Below are positions 26,555-34,622 of a DNA stretch of 64,000 nucleotides, one piece after another. The notes under the pieces were generated by a model. It saw only the letters and a list, made by a program, of their open reading frames with translations, had not been told where the DNA came from and ran no database searches. The DNA is from an uncultured Gemmatimonadales bacterium (GTDB lineage Bacteria; Gemmatimonadota; Gemmatimonadetes; Gemmatimonadales; GWC2-71-9): contig CBFGTM010000013.1 in the NCBI GenBank assembly GCA_965652025.1, positions 5,429 through 69,428 on the forward strand. Reading direction: 5' to 3'. The position numbers were made by a program, and so were the translations under genes. The stretch's first letter is position 1, and each line of letters starts with the position of its first letter.

Positions 26555-26926
26555 CTACTTCTTGCGGCGGGCCTTTACCGGCTTCTTCATCGCCTTGGCC
26601 GGGCTGATGCGCTTGACCGGCTTGCCCTTAGCCCGCGCCTTGGCCCGCTGGCTCCGCTCTCGATCAGCGGCCTTGTCCAATCGCTTCTGCTCTGCCGCAT
26701 GGACCTCAGCCAGAATCCGGTCCCCCTCTTCCATCCCCAGCAAACCTCGCCGGGTGGCATATCGAATCAGTTCCTCGGCGTCTGCCACGTTGAATTCCCC
26801 GACCCGCGCCGCGGCCCGGATGATACTCCCGAGGGCATCAGCCACCGGGCTCCGAAGGACGTTGGCGATGCCGGGAAGCGTTTCCAACAAAGTTGAGATC
26901 TGTGAACCACCGAGCTCCGATACCAC
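26555..26926 (-). CDS. hypothetical protein with lysine-rich, histone-H1-like C-terminal tail
   Basis: 123 aa. The C-terminus reads RSQRAKARAKGKPVKRISPAKAMKKPVKARRKK. The N-terminal domain is unassigned. Confidence 0.55.
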   Translation of the reverse strand: MVSELGGSQISTLLETLPGIANVLRSPVADALGSIIRAAARVGEFNVADAEELIRYATRRGLLGMEEGDRILAEVHAAEQKRLDKAADRERSQRAKARAKGKPVKRISPAKAMKKPVKARRKK

Positions 26927-27046
26927 TGGGGACCTCCTGCTGACGAACTAGGAACCGAACGACCGGCCGCCGGCCTCACCCGGGCGATTGCCACTGGGGA
27001 CGGAATTCTCACACCATGGACACGGCGGCGCTAGTAGTATGGATTA

Positions 27047-27463
27047 CTACTTCGTAATTCGGAGCTGAGCCCGCTCGTCATAGGCCCGATGCGGGAGGCA
27101 GTAGAGTTGGTAGATACCGGGGGGGACCCGGGGTACGACAATGCGGTACTCGGCGCCTTCCGACGTGAGCAGCGGACTGCTCAAATCGGCGGTTCGACGG
27201 TTCATGGCTCCGTTGAGTGCTTCGCGGGTAGCCTCACTGAGACCGGCTCCCTCGAAGACAACGCTATGGGGCACCCCGCCACCGGCCCGGAAGCGGAGAA
27301 CGTCGCCCGGGCGTGCCGTAATGAGCGGAGGGGTAAACCGGTAGGTTTCCTTCTCCGCGTCGGCTTCGATTCTGATGTCGTGAAGCCGTTGGGCATGGGC
27401 CTGAGGCACGGCCAGGACAAGCAGGCCGGTCACGCTCGCGAGAATCATGCGGATCTGCTGCAT
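27047..27463 (-). CDS. cupredoxin (plastocyanin/pseudoazurin-like) with signal peptide
   Basis: 138 aa. Signal AVPQAHAQ, GDVLRF...VPHSVVF (His ligand) and YQLYCLPH (Cys..His ligands). Confidence 0.7.
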   Translation of the reverse strand: MQQIRMILASVTGLLVLAVPQAHAQRLHDIRIEADAEKETYRFTPPLITARPGDVLRFRAGGGVPHSVVFEGAGLSEATREALNGAMNRRTADLSSPLLTSEGAEYRIVVPRVPPGIYQLYCLPHRAYDERAQLRITK

Positions 27464-27575
27464 CTACACTCCTCGAAGGTCTGCGGATGCTTTCGCGGAA
27501 CCAGGATTTTCCATACATTGAGAGTGGCGGGTTGAGCCAGTTTCATGCCACCCAAACCCGCTGGAAGGACCGGCT

Positions 27576-27839
27576 GTGGGGCGTCGGGGCATTAAGGAAT
27601 ACCGAGCGCCCGAGGCGCTCATCCTGATCGCGGCGGACCGAGACCAGAAGCCTCTGGTTTGTCCCTCCTGTAGCTCCCTCGAAGTCGATAGAACCCCGGA
27701 ACGCTCCAGCTCCGAAGACGCCCCTGGCGGTCGAGTTACCCTGCACTGCACCACCTGTGGTCGGATCGCGGCCTACATACCCCGCACTCTCAGCCGCTCG
27801 TCTCTACCCGAGTCCCCCCGGCCTTCACATACGACCTGA
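27576..27839 (+). CDS. possible small zinc-ribbon protein
   Basis: 87-aa ORF (GTG start) with CPSC..(29 aa)..CTTC. Third-position G/C looks moderately high by eye. No homology claimed. Confidence 0.35.
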   Translation: MGRRGIKEYRAPEALILIAADRDQKPLVCPSCSSLEVDRTPERSSSEDAPGGRVTLHCTTCGRIAAYIPRTLSRSSLPESPRPSHTT

Positions 27840-27857
27840 CGGGAAGATCCGTTCTTC

Positions 27858-28580
27858 CTACTCGGGCGACGTAAACAACCGTCCCCACCGAACGGCGGTC
27901 AGAAAGGGCAGAGCCCGCCAACTGCTGGGATCGTAGCTGAAGTAGACGACCAGTGGCTTTCCCCGCACGTTCGTGCGAGGCAGGAACCCCCAATATCGAC
28001 CATCATAGGAGCTGTCCCGGTTGTCGCCCATCATGAAGAACGAGTCCCTTGGCACTACGATGGGACCCCATTCCTGCAGATCCGGCTGATACGTGGAGGG
28101 GTTCCGATTAACCAGGTGCGGCAGCTGCCACTCCCGCATCTTGGCGCGCTGGATCGGGTCTTCCGAGCGGGTGGGGTCGGAGTGCACCGCATAGGGCTCC
28201 TGAACCCGCTGACCATTCCGAAAGAGCTCGCCGTTCTCCATGCTGAGTGTATCACCAGGCATGCCGATCAGCCGCTTCACAACCTTGAGTCCCTCCTCCT
28301 CCACCGAATCGAATACCAGGATGTCATCCCGCCGAGGCTCGCGAACAGCTGGGAGGCGGGCGTGAATGAGCGGCACCTCGGCTCCGTAGAGGGCCTTGTT
28401 GACGAACAGGAAGTCGCCGATGAGGAGCGTGTTTTCCATGCTGCCAGACGGAATCCGGAAGGCCTCCACCAGAAACGTTCGGAGAAAAAACCAGACCACC
28501 AGAGCAACGACGATCGATTTGGTCCAGTCCCAGAGCCAGTGAATCAGCGACCGGGTGTGGGCGGCAGTTCCTGCGGTCAT
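27858..28580 (-). CDS. lepB: signal peptidase I
   Basis: Catalytic Ser box IPSGSMENTL, the Lys box VKRLIGMPGD, and GDNRDSSYDGRYWGF. Confidence 0.9.
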   Translation of the reverse strand: MTAGTAAHTRSLIHWLWDWTKSIVVALVVWFFLRTFLVEAFRIPSGSMENTLLIGDFLFVNKALYGAEVPLIHARLPAVREPRRDDILVFDSVEEEGLKVVKRLIGMPGDTLSMENGELFRNGQRVQEPYAVHSDPTRSEDPIQRAKMREWQLPHLVNRNPSTYQPDLQEWGPIVVPRDSFFMMGDNRDSSYDGRYWGFLPRTNVRGKPLVVYFSYDPSSWRALPFLTAVRWGRLFTSPE

Positions 28581-28646
28581 GGCAACAGCGTCCTCTGGTT
28601 GAAAGGGGTCTGCGGCAGACTGGAATTTACCACCGCGGCACCCGCC

Positions 28647-30230
28647 CTATGGAACCGCGGTGAGTGGGGCGGTGATGGGCGACTCCAGCCGGGCAATCGG
28701 ATACCGGGATCCGGCCCTGAGCTCGCGATCCAGCAGGTTCCAGGTCACGAATCCGTCCTCCGATTCAGGCTCCAGCAGATACGCCGCCAGAGTACCGAGA
28801 GGCTGGTCGGTCCTGACCAGAAATACTCCCTCGGGGACCAGGCTGTCCACGCTTCCCGGCTGCCATCGGCCTTCTAGCAGTACCGGCCTATGTCCCTCGA
28901 AGAGGGAGTCGGTCTGGACCTTCTCTACTCGGAATAGCTGCAGCTGGGTACGCCACGGTGCCGTCGTCCGTTCCACCGCGACATCATGACGGCGGAGCAG
29001 GGCTACCAGCCGGGAGAACCGTGCGGGCAGAAGGTAACCGGCAGGTCTCGAGACGCTGCGGTCGGCGATGAACCGGTCGTAGACCGGCATGCTGATGGCG
29101 CGATACACTCCGGTGCGCTGGCGGCGGGCGTAGCCTCCCGCCCCTTCACCTGCATCCCGGGTCAGCTCGGCGATGACCGGCAGTGTCCGCGGAGGAGCGA
29201 GGCGGGACCGGACCGCAACCGAATCAGCCCTTTGGCCATCGGACGCCTGGACCAGGCGCCGAATCACTTCTTTTTGCTCGGCGGCCAGCTGCAGGATCTC
29301 GGAGACGAAGTTGTACGTGGCCCTGATCCGGGTCCCGAAGTCGGCGTTGCTGTAGCCCTCACTGAGAATCGAGAGCCGGCCGCGGAGACCCATCCAGTTG
29401 GTGCCGAACCGTGGCCGGGCATCGTAGGTCTCCCAGCCCAGCGCCAGGGAGTCTGGATTCTGGTTCCGAAAGTTGCCGTAACTGAAGGTCTTCTGGCGAT
29501 GCCTCTGCTCCATCCGACGCTGTACCTGCGGCAGGAAGCGGTCCCGCACGAACGTGACTGACGGATTGGTGTTGGGGTTGAGGCCAGGAGCGTAGGTGAG
29601 AACGTACCCGTGATAGCTGCCGTTGGTGGTATGCAGGTCGATGAAGAGGTCAGGATCCCAGGACGCTATCAACGAAGCTGCGCCTCGGGTCTCGGGCGCT
29701 TCCATCTTGACGTAGTCGCGATTGAGATTGAGCCCCTGGCCATTCGGGTTTTGACCCACTCGGTCAGGCCCATTTTGGCCCGGTCGATTTTTCTCTCCCG
29801 GACCCCACTGCTCGTTTCCGTCGGTGTTGTAAATCGGGACCACCAGCAGGATCATGGCGTCGAGGAGCCGGCTCAAGGGCCCGGTGGCGAGGTCACGCAG
29901 CAGCATCTGGGAGGCTTCCTTTCCCTCTACCTCGCCGGCGTGGATGTTCCCCTGCAGGTAGACCACCAGCTTGCCGGTCCGACGGGCGTCGGCGGCAGTG
30001 GACACCATCGGCCTTGAAACCACTACGTAGGGCACCCGGCGGCTCTTAGGGCTGGTGGCTAGAGTTTCCATTCGGACGTCGCGGGAGCGCCGCTGCAGCG
30101 AGTCCAGGAAGGACCGAACGTCGGCGTAGGCTGAGGTCTCCCGAAAATCGGTGCGCTCCGGCCTGGTTGTCTGTGCCGCCAGAGGTGGTGCCAGCAGGGC
30201 CAGCAGCATACCCACTTCAACGCACCGCAT
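28647..30230 (-). CDS. M14-family zinc carboxypeptidase
   Basis: Signal peptide. GNIHAGEVEG (HxxE zinc site), NLNRDY and DLHTTNGSYHG. Confidence 0.85.
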   Translation of the reverse strand: MRCVEVGMLLALLAPPLAAQTTRPERTDFRETSAYADVRSFLDSLQRRSRDVRMETLATSPKSRRVPYVVVSRPMVSTAADARRTGKLVVYLQGNIHAGEVEGKEASQMLLRDLATGPLSRLLDAMILLVVPIYNTDGNEQWGPGEKNRPGQNGPDRVGQNPNGQGLNLNRDYVKMEAPETRGAASLIASWDPDLFIDLHTTNGSYHGYVLTYAPGLNPNTNPSVTFVRDRFLPQVQRRMEQRHRQKTFSYGNFRNQNPDSLALGWETYDARPRFGTNWMGLRGRLSILSEGYSNADFGTRIRATYNFVSEILQLAAEQKEVIRRLVQASDGQRADSVAVRSRLAPPRTLPVIAELTRDAGEGAGGYARRQRTGVYRAISMPVYDRFIADRSVSRPAGYLLPARFSRLVALLRRHDVAVERTTAPWRTQLQLFRVEKVQTDSLFEGHRPVLLEGRWQPGSVDSLVPEGVFLVRTDQPLGTLAAYLLEPESEDGFVTWNLLDRELRAGSRYPIARLESPITAPLTAVP

Positions 30231-31965
30231 CAGCCCTCGCCGGAACCAGAATTCGGGTCGTCACCACATCCGGAAAATCTCGGTCCATCGTAAAGGTCAC
30301 CTCCGGCGTCAGGATCGGGTACATCGAAGTCCGCAGTGTCTGGCCGGAGGAACCGTTATACCGGGCCCAGGCATTGCGCAGCACCGGCTCCGCTGGAATG
30401 CGCGAGGGATCCTCGGCGTGGCGCAGGAGCAGAGCGGTGGTCGCCCCGGGAGCGGGGAGTGCCTCCCCCAGGGCCCGAATCAGGGCATAGCCGATTGTGT
30501 GCTGGTCCTGTGACCCCGGCCGGGCCAGGTCGGCCCGCTTCTCCAGTTCGCCGAGCGTGAGGAGCGGCCACCGGACCGCGACTGGCCCAAGGATCCGCTC
30601 GGCGCTCCACTCGGCGAAACCCTCGGCCAGGTGAGGCTGCACTCCGGGCAACTCGACAAAAGCAGAGTCTCGTGGTGCCAGCCCGCGGGCAAACAGCTCG
30701 AGCTGACGACGGCGGAATAGCAGGTGCTGCCATTCATGAATCACCGCTCCGATGGCCAACAGGGGTGAGTATCCCGGATCAATCGCAACGGCATCGCGAG
30801 GCTCGAGAAAACCGTTCAGACTCTCCCGGGATTGCCGCGGGACTGTAGTAAGACGGAGATTCTCCGAGCCGTTACGCAGAAGCGTCAGGCTGGTATCCCC
30901 TCGTGGCAGCCAGCGCAGACTGCGCAGCAACGCCCCCTGTCCGTGCTGCCGGAGCCACTCGGTGGCATTCGGATTGCGGGCGGATACCAGCCGGGAGAAG
31001 AGCTCCGGTGGTATTCCATACTGGGGGACGGCCTGGGGATACCCGAACCACCGGGTCTCTATTCGGGGCAGGTCGGGGTCGAATCCCTGGCCGGCTACGG
31101 AAGTCCAGTCGGTCCGAACCAGCTCCCGGAGTGATTTGGCCTGTGGCAGCCACGGTTCATTGAGAAAGAACCCGATGACCTCGGTATACCAGTGGAGCGC
31201 TTCGGTGTACCCGCGAAGGAATATCAATACGGCGGCTGTGGAGTTCGAATCGGAGCGCCACATGTCCGTGCGAGTGGCGGCGAAGGCGGAGGAGTCGGTG
31301 GCCGCCAAAACCGCCAATGCATACATGCCCCGGAGCAACGTCTCCTCGTTGACCGAATCGACCGCTGAGGGAATTCTGTGGGCAGCGCCGAGCGCTGCGC
31401 GGACAGCGCGCCAATGGATCCCGGGCATGCGTAGCCGGGCCCAGTCGAGCGCGGCATCGTGAAGGTCTACGATCCATTCGCCGCGAGGACGAAACAGGCG
31501 ATCGAATCGAGCCCTCGTCGTGTCCGACGGGATAGAAGCTCGGATAGACTCGAGGGTGCGGCGGCTGGCCTGGAGAAGCTCGGTCCGGCGATACAGGCCC
31601 ATGACATGGAACGAGCGCTCGGCCGAGAGGGCGGGGTCGCTGAGCGGCTCTACCCCGCTCCATCGTGCCGCCTCCCGGTAGGCACGAGTGGTGAATGAAT
31701 CCGGAAAGGCGCTGGCCGCCGCCCTAGCCCACGGACCGGGGATCCGGATAACCGAGTCGTTGCGACCCATTATGATTTGGCGCAGCGTGAAGCGCGGAAG
31801 TTCGGCTACCTCAGTGCTGGGAGGAGGTGCCTGAGCCCCAGCCAGAGAGGCATTCCATGACAGCAGCAGCCCGAGCTGGAGGGTAAGTGCGATGACTGAC
31901 GACCCGAAGCCGGCACCCCGGCGCCAGGTGCCGCCGCTAATGGACCGGCTGGGCGAACTGTGCAA
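30217..31965 (-). CDS. secreted HExxH protein (putative metallopeptidase-like), start uncertain
   Basis: A long ORF carrying VIHEWQH (HExxH). A signal-like segment RRGAGFGSSVIALTLQLGLLLSWNASLAGAQA needs a start upstream of ~31920. In-frame candidates are TTG 31965, GTG 31986, ATG 32040 and GTG 32103. All of them overlap the divergent gene that starts at 31892. Confidence 0.55.
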   Translation of the reverse strand: MHSSPSRSISGGTWRRGAGFGSSVIALTLQLGLLLSWNASLAGAQAPPPSTEVAELPRFTLRQIIMGRNDSVIRIPGPWARAAASAFPDSFTTRAYREAARWSGVEPLSDPALSAERSFHVMGLYRRTELLQASRRTLESIRASIPSDTTRARFDRLFRPRGEWIVDLHDAALDWARLRMPGIHWRAVRAALGAAHRIPSAVDSVNEETLLRGMYALAVLAATDSSAFAATRTDMWRSDSNSTAAVLIFLRGYTEALHWYTEVIGFFLNEPWLPQAKSLRELVRTDWTSVAGQGFDPDLPRIETRWFGYPQAVPQYGIPPELFSRLVSARNPNATEWLRQHGQGALLRSLRWLPRGDTSLTLLRNGSENLRLTTVPRQSRESLNGFLEPRDAVAIDPGYSPLLAIGAVIHEWQHLLFRRRQLELFARGLAPRDSAFVELPGVQPHLAEGFAEWSAERILGPVAVRWPLLTLGELEKRADLARPGSQDQHTIGYALIRALGEALPAPGATTALLLRHAEDPSRIPAEPVLRNAWARYNGSSGQTLRTSMYPILTPEVTFTMDRDFPDVVTTRILVPARADAVR

Positions 31966-32218
31966 GGCAGGAAAGGATAGTGCCACGTATCTCTGGCAGG
32001 TGCCGGATGACGAGAGCGTTCGGCGAAAGATCGCAAGCATCCTGCAGGAGATCAAAGCCGAGGCTGCCAAGGGCGGGCGGCAGGAGATGGGACGGCTGGC
32101 CACCGAGCTGGAGGGTGCTCTCCGGGTGTCGGCCAGCCCGCAGCAGGTCGAGCTGCTCCAGGACGGGTTCGACCGGCTGCTTCGGCTCTGGGCAGCGGCG
32201 AAGAGCGGGCTGTTTTAG
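31892..32218 (+). CDS. small helical protein, paralogue of 37928..38293 (Hpt-like pattern without His)
   Basis: 108 aa. By my hand count about 80% of third codon positions are G/C, which strongly suggests coding. It contains RKIASILQEIKAEAAKGGRQEMGRLATELEGAL. Confidence 0.6.
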   Translation: MTDDPKPAPRRQVPPLMDRLGELCKAGKDSATYLWQVPDDESVRRKIASILQEIKAEAAKGGRQEMGRLATELEGALRVSASPQQVELLQDGFDRLLRLWAAAKSGLF

Positions 32219-33321
32219 CGATCCGGCCGGGCCGCCCCGACGTCCTCAACGGCGGCATTGGCCGGACGGCGCTCCACCAGCTTGGCTTGCACCGGAGCAC
32301 CTTCGGCTAGCCGTTCCTGGCCGCCTACCACTACCTGTTCAGCGTTTTCCACTCCGTTCTTGACTTCAACGAAGCCGGGAGTCCGTACCCCCAGTTCCAC
32401 CTGGCGCCGGGTTGCCTTCCCACCGTTGACCACCCACACGAAGCTGGCTCCCTGCAGCGGGAGTATCGCGTCCTCCGGAATCACAACGGCGTTGGGTCGC
32501 ACGTCGGTGGCCAGGCGGGCTTCGATGAACATACCGGCCTGGAGCTCGCGCCGAGGGTTGGGAACCCTGGCTTTGACCGTGATGGTGCGCCCGGGGAGCT
32601 GGACCACTGGATCGACGAAGTCGACCTTGCCAGTGAACTGTCGGCCCGGCAGCGCGGCCACCCTGAAGCTGACCTGCTGTCCCACTTTCAGCTGATCGGC
32701 GTAGCGCTCAGGAACCTGGAATGAAGCCCGCTGAGGTGAGACTGTCTGGAGCGAAACCAACCGGGTATCGGTATTGACGTAATCGCCGAGACTCACGAAG
32801 CGTTGTCCGATCACGCCGGCAAAGGGCGCCCGTACCAGGGTCCGATCCAGCCGCACCTTGAGCCGCTCGAGCTGCGCCTCGTTGCTCCGCATGGTCGCCT
32901 CCGCCCGCTCCAGCTCCGCCTGGGAGGACGCCTTCTGCCCCAGCAGCTCCCGGGTGCGAGCCAGCGATTGACGAGCCAGGTCGCGGTCGGCGGTGGCCTG
33001 AGCGACCTGCGCACGCAGCTCGGCATCGTCGATCTTGAAGAGTGGGGTTCCCCGGGCCACGGGGCTGCCCTCCCGCACCAGGATCTGGACCAAACGCCCT
33101 TCCACGTCGGGCTTGAGCTCGATCGATTGAAGGGCTTGGATCTGACCGGTGGCCAGAATGGCGTCGATAACGGTATCGGTGCGCGCGGCAGCAGCCTCCA
33201 CCGGCATGGCCGGCGGACCGCCGCCTTCACCTCCGGCGCCGCCCGGTCCCTTCCCCGTGGACTCTGCCTTGTTACACGCCGCGAGGGCGAGCATCAGAAT
33301 CACTAAAACGGATGATCTCAC
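32215..33321 (-). CDS. RND efflux periplasmic adaptor (MFP) lipoprotein
   Basis: Lipobox LALAAC. The architecture is barrel-sandwich/coiled-coil/beta-barrel (V.A.G.I.....I...V.G.....V..G..V..G..L..ID). 4-nt overlap with the TolC-like gene. Confidence 0.9.
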   Translation of the reverse strand: MRSSVLVILMLALAACNKAESTGKGPGGAGGEGGGPPAMPVEAAAARTDTVIDAILATGQIQALQSIELKPDVEGRLVQILVREGSPVARGTPLFKIDDAELRAQVAQATADRDLARQSLARTRELLGQKASSQAELERAEATMRSNEAQLERLKVRLDRTLVRAPFAGVIGQRFVSLGDYVNTDTRLVSLQTVSPQRASFQVPERYADQLKVGQQVSFRVAALPGRQFTGKVDFVDPVVQLPGRTITVKARVPNPRRELQAGMFIEARLATDVRPNAVVIPEDAILPLQGASFVWVVNGGKATRRQVELGVRTPGFVEVKNGVENAEQVVVGGQERLAEGAPVQAKLVERRPANAAVEDVGAARPDR

Positions 33322-34622
33322 GGAGTGTCCTTGTTGGAAAAGAGTCTTCGGCCGAGAATGGCCTCCAGCTGGGCCAGCGCCAGGCGGGTGGTATACCGCG
33401 CCTGGACCACCCCAGCTTCGGCCTCGGCAACGCTCACCTGCGCGTCGAGCAGGTCCAGAATGGTGCTGGCACCGGAGCGATAGCGCAGCGACTGCATCCG
33501 GTAGTTCTCCCGGGCCACGGTTCCGGCAACGTTGGCCAGCTCGACCGCGGCCTTACTGGTTTCGTATGCATCGTACGAGCTGGTGACGTCGCGCCGCACC
33601 GCTCGTTCCAGATCTGCCCGGATGCTGCGGGATACATCGCGGTTCACCCGCGCCCGGGTCACTTCGATCTCCCGAAGGCCATTGTCCCAGACCGGCAGCG
33701 AGACCCCGAAAGTGACGGAGGTGATGTTGGCGGCACCCGGAAAGAGCTGGGTGTCGTAGCGCTGATGCACCGCGCCGATTCGGATGGTCGGCAGGTAGTC
33801 TCCTCGTTGGGCCTTGAGTGTGGCCTCCGCGGCCCGCTCATTGGCCTGGGCTGCCTGATACTGCGGCCCCTGCTCCAGTCCCACCCGCAAGGCTTCGGCC
33901 AGGCTTATCGGAAGCGGTGGCGCCGGCAGGGTGTCGGCGGGTACGGCACCGACCGGACCGGAGGCGCCGACCCGACGGGCCAGGTCCAGCTGGGCAGTCC
34001 GCAGTGCGTTATGCTGCCGGAGACTGTCCACCTGAGCCCGGATCAGCTCTAGCACGAGTTGAAGGGAGTCGGTCTGCACCGCCGCTCCCGACGCCACCCG
34101 GGCTCGGGCGACCCCCAGAGCTTCACGAGCTCGAAACGCCCTCTGTTGCGCCACCCGGGCCAGCTCCTGGTTGACCAGCACGTCGTAATAGCTCGACTCG
34201 GTCTCCAGGGCCGCCTGAAACCGTTGTTCCAGCTCCCCGGCATCCGCGCTGGCGAGTTCCGCCTTGGTGCGGGAGATCTCACTGAACTTCCGGAGGCTGA
34301 AAATCTCGTAATCGGCGCTGGCCCGTCCCACCACGAGCGTGCTGGTGGGATTGGCCGGGTCCGCCGGGTTGAAGAAGCTCTCCGAGTACTTGGTCTCATC
34401 CAGCCCAACCTCGACGGCCGGCACTACGAAGGCGAGCATGGCGGCACGCCGGCCCCATTCAGCATCCTCGATCCGACCCAAGGCACGGACGTAATCCGGA
34501 TCCAGCTGGGTGGAGCGTCGGATTGCTTCGGCAAGCGTTATCAGGGGGATGGAGTCGGCCCGTGGCACCGAGTCCCGGGGGACCGGCGCCGCCTGAAGCA
34601 TCAGCAGCAGCAGAAGCATCAC
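33318..34622 (-). CDS. TolC-family outer-membrane efflux protein
   Basis: 434 aa. It has a duplicated coiled-coil/beta pattern, with LTLAEAI at the N-terminus and repeated A...L..A...VE.G. 4-nt overlaps on both sides. Confidence 0.88.
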   Translation of the reverse strand: MMLLLLLMLQAAPVPRDSVPRADSIPLITLAEAIRRSTQLDPDYVRALGRIEDAEWGRRAAMLAFVVPAVEVGLDETKYSESFFNPADPANPTSTLVVGRASADYEIFSLRKFSEISRTKAELASADAGELEQRFQAALETESSYYDVLVNQELARVAQQRAFRAREALGVARARVASGAAVQTDSLQLVLELIRAQVDSLRQHNALRTAQLDLARRVGASGPVGAVPADTLPAPPLPISLAEALRVGLEQGPQYQAAQANERAAEATLKAQRGDYLPTIRIGAVHQRYDTQLFPGAANITSVTFGVSLPVWDNGLREIEVTRARVNRDVSRSIRADLERAVRRDVTSSYDAYETSKAAVELANVAGTVARENYRMQSLRYRSGASTILDLLDAQVSVAEAEAGVVQARYTTRLALAQLEAILGRRLFSNKDTP

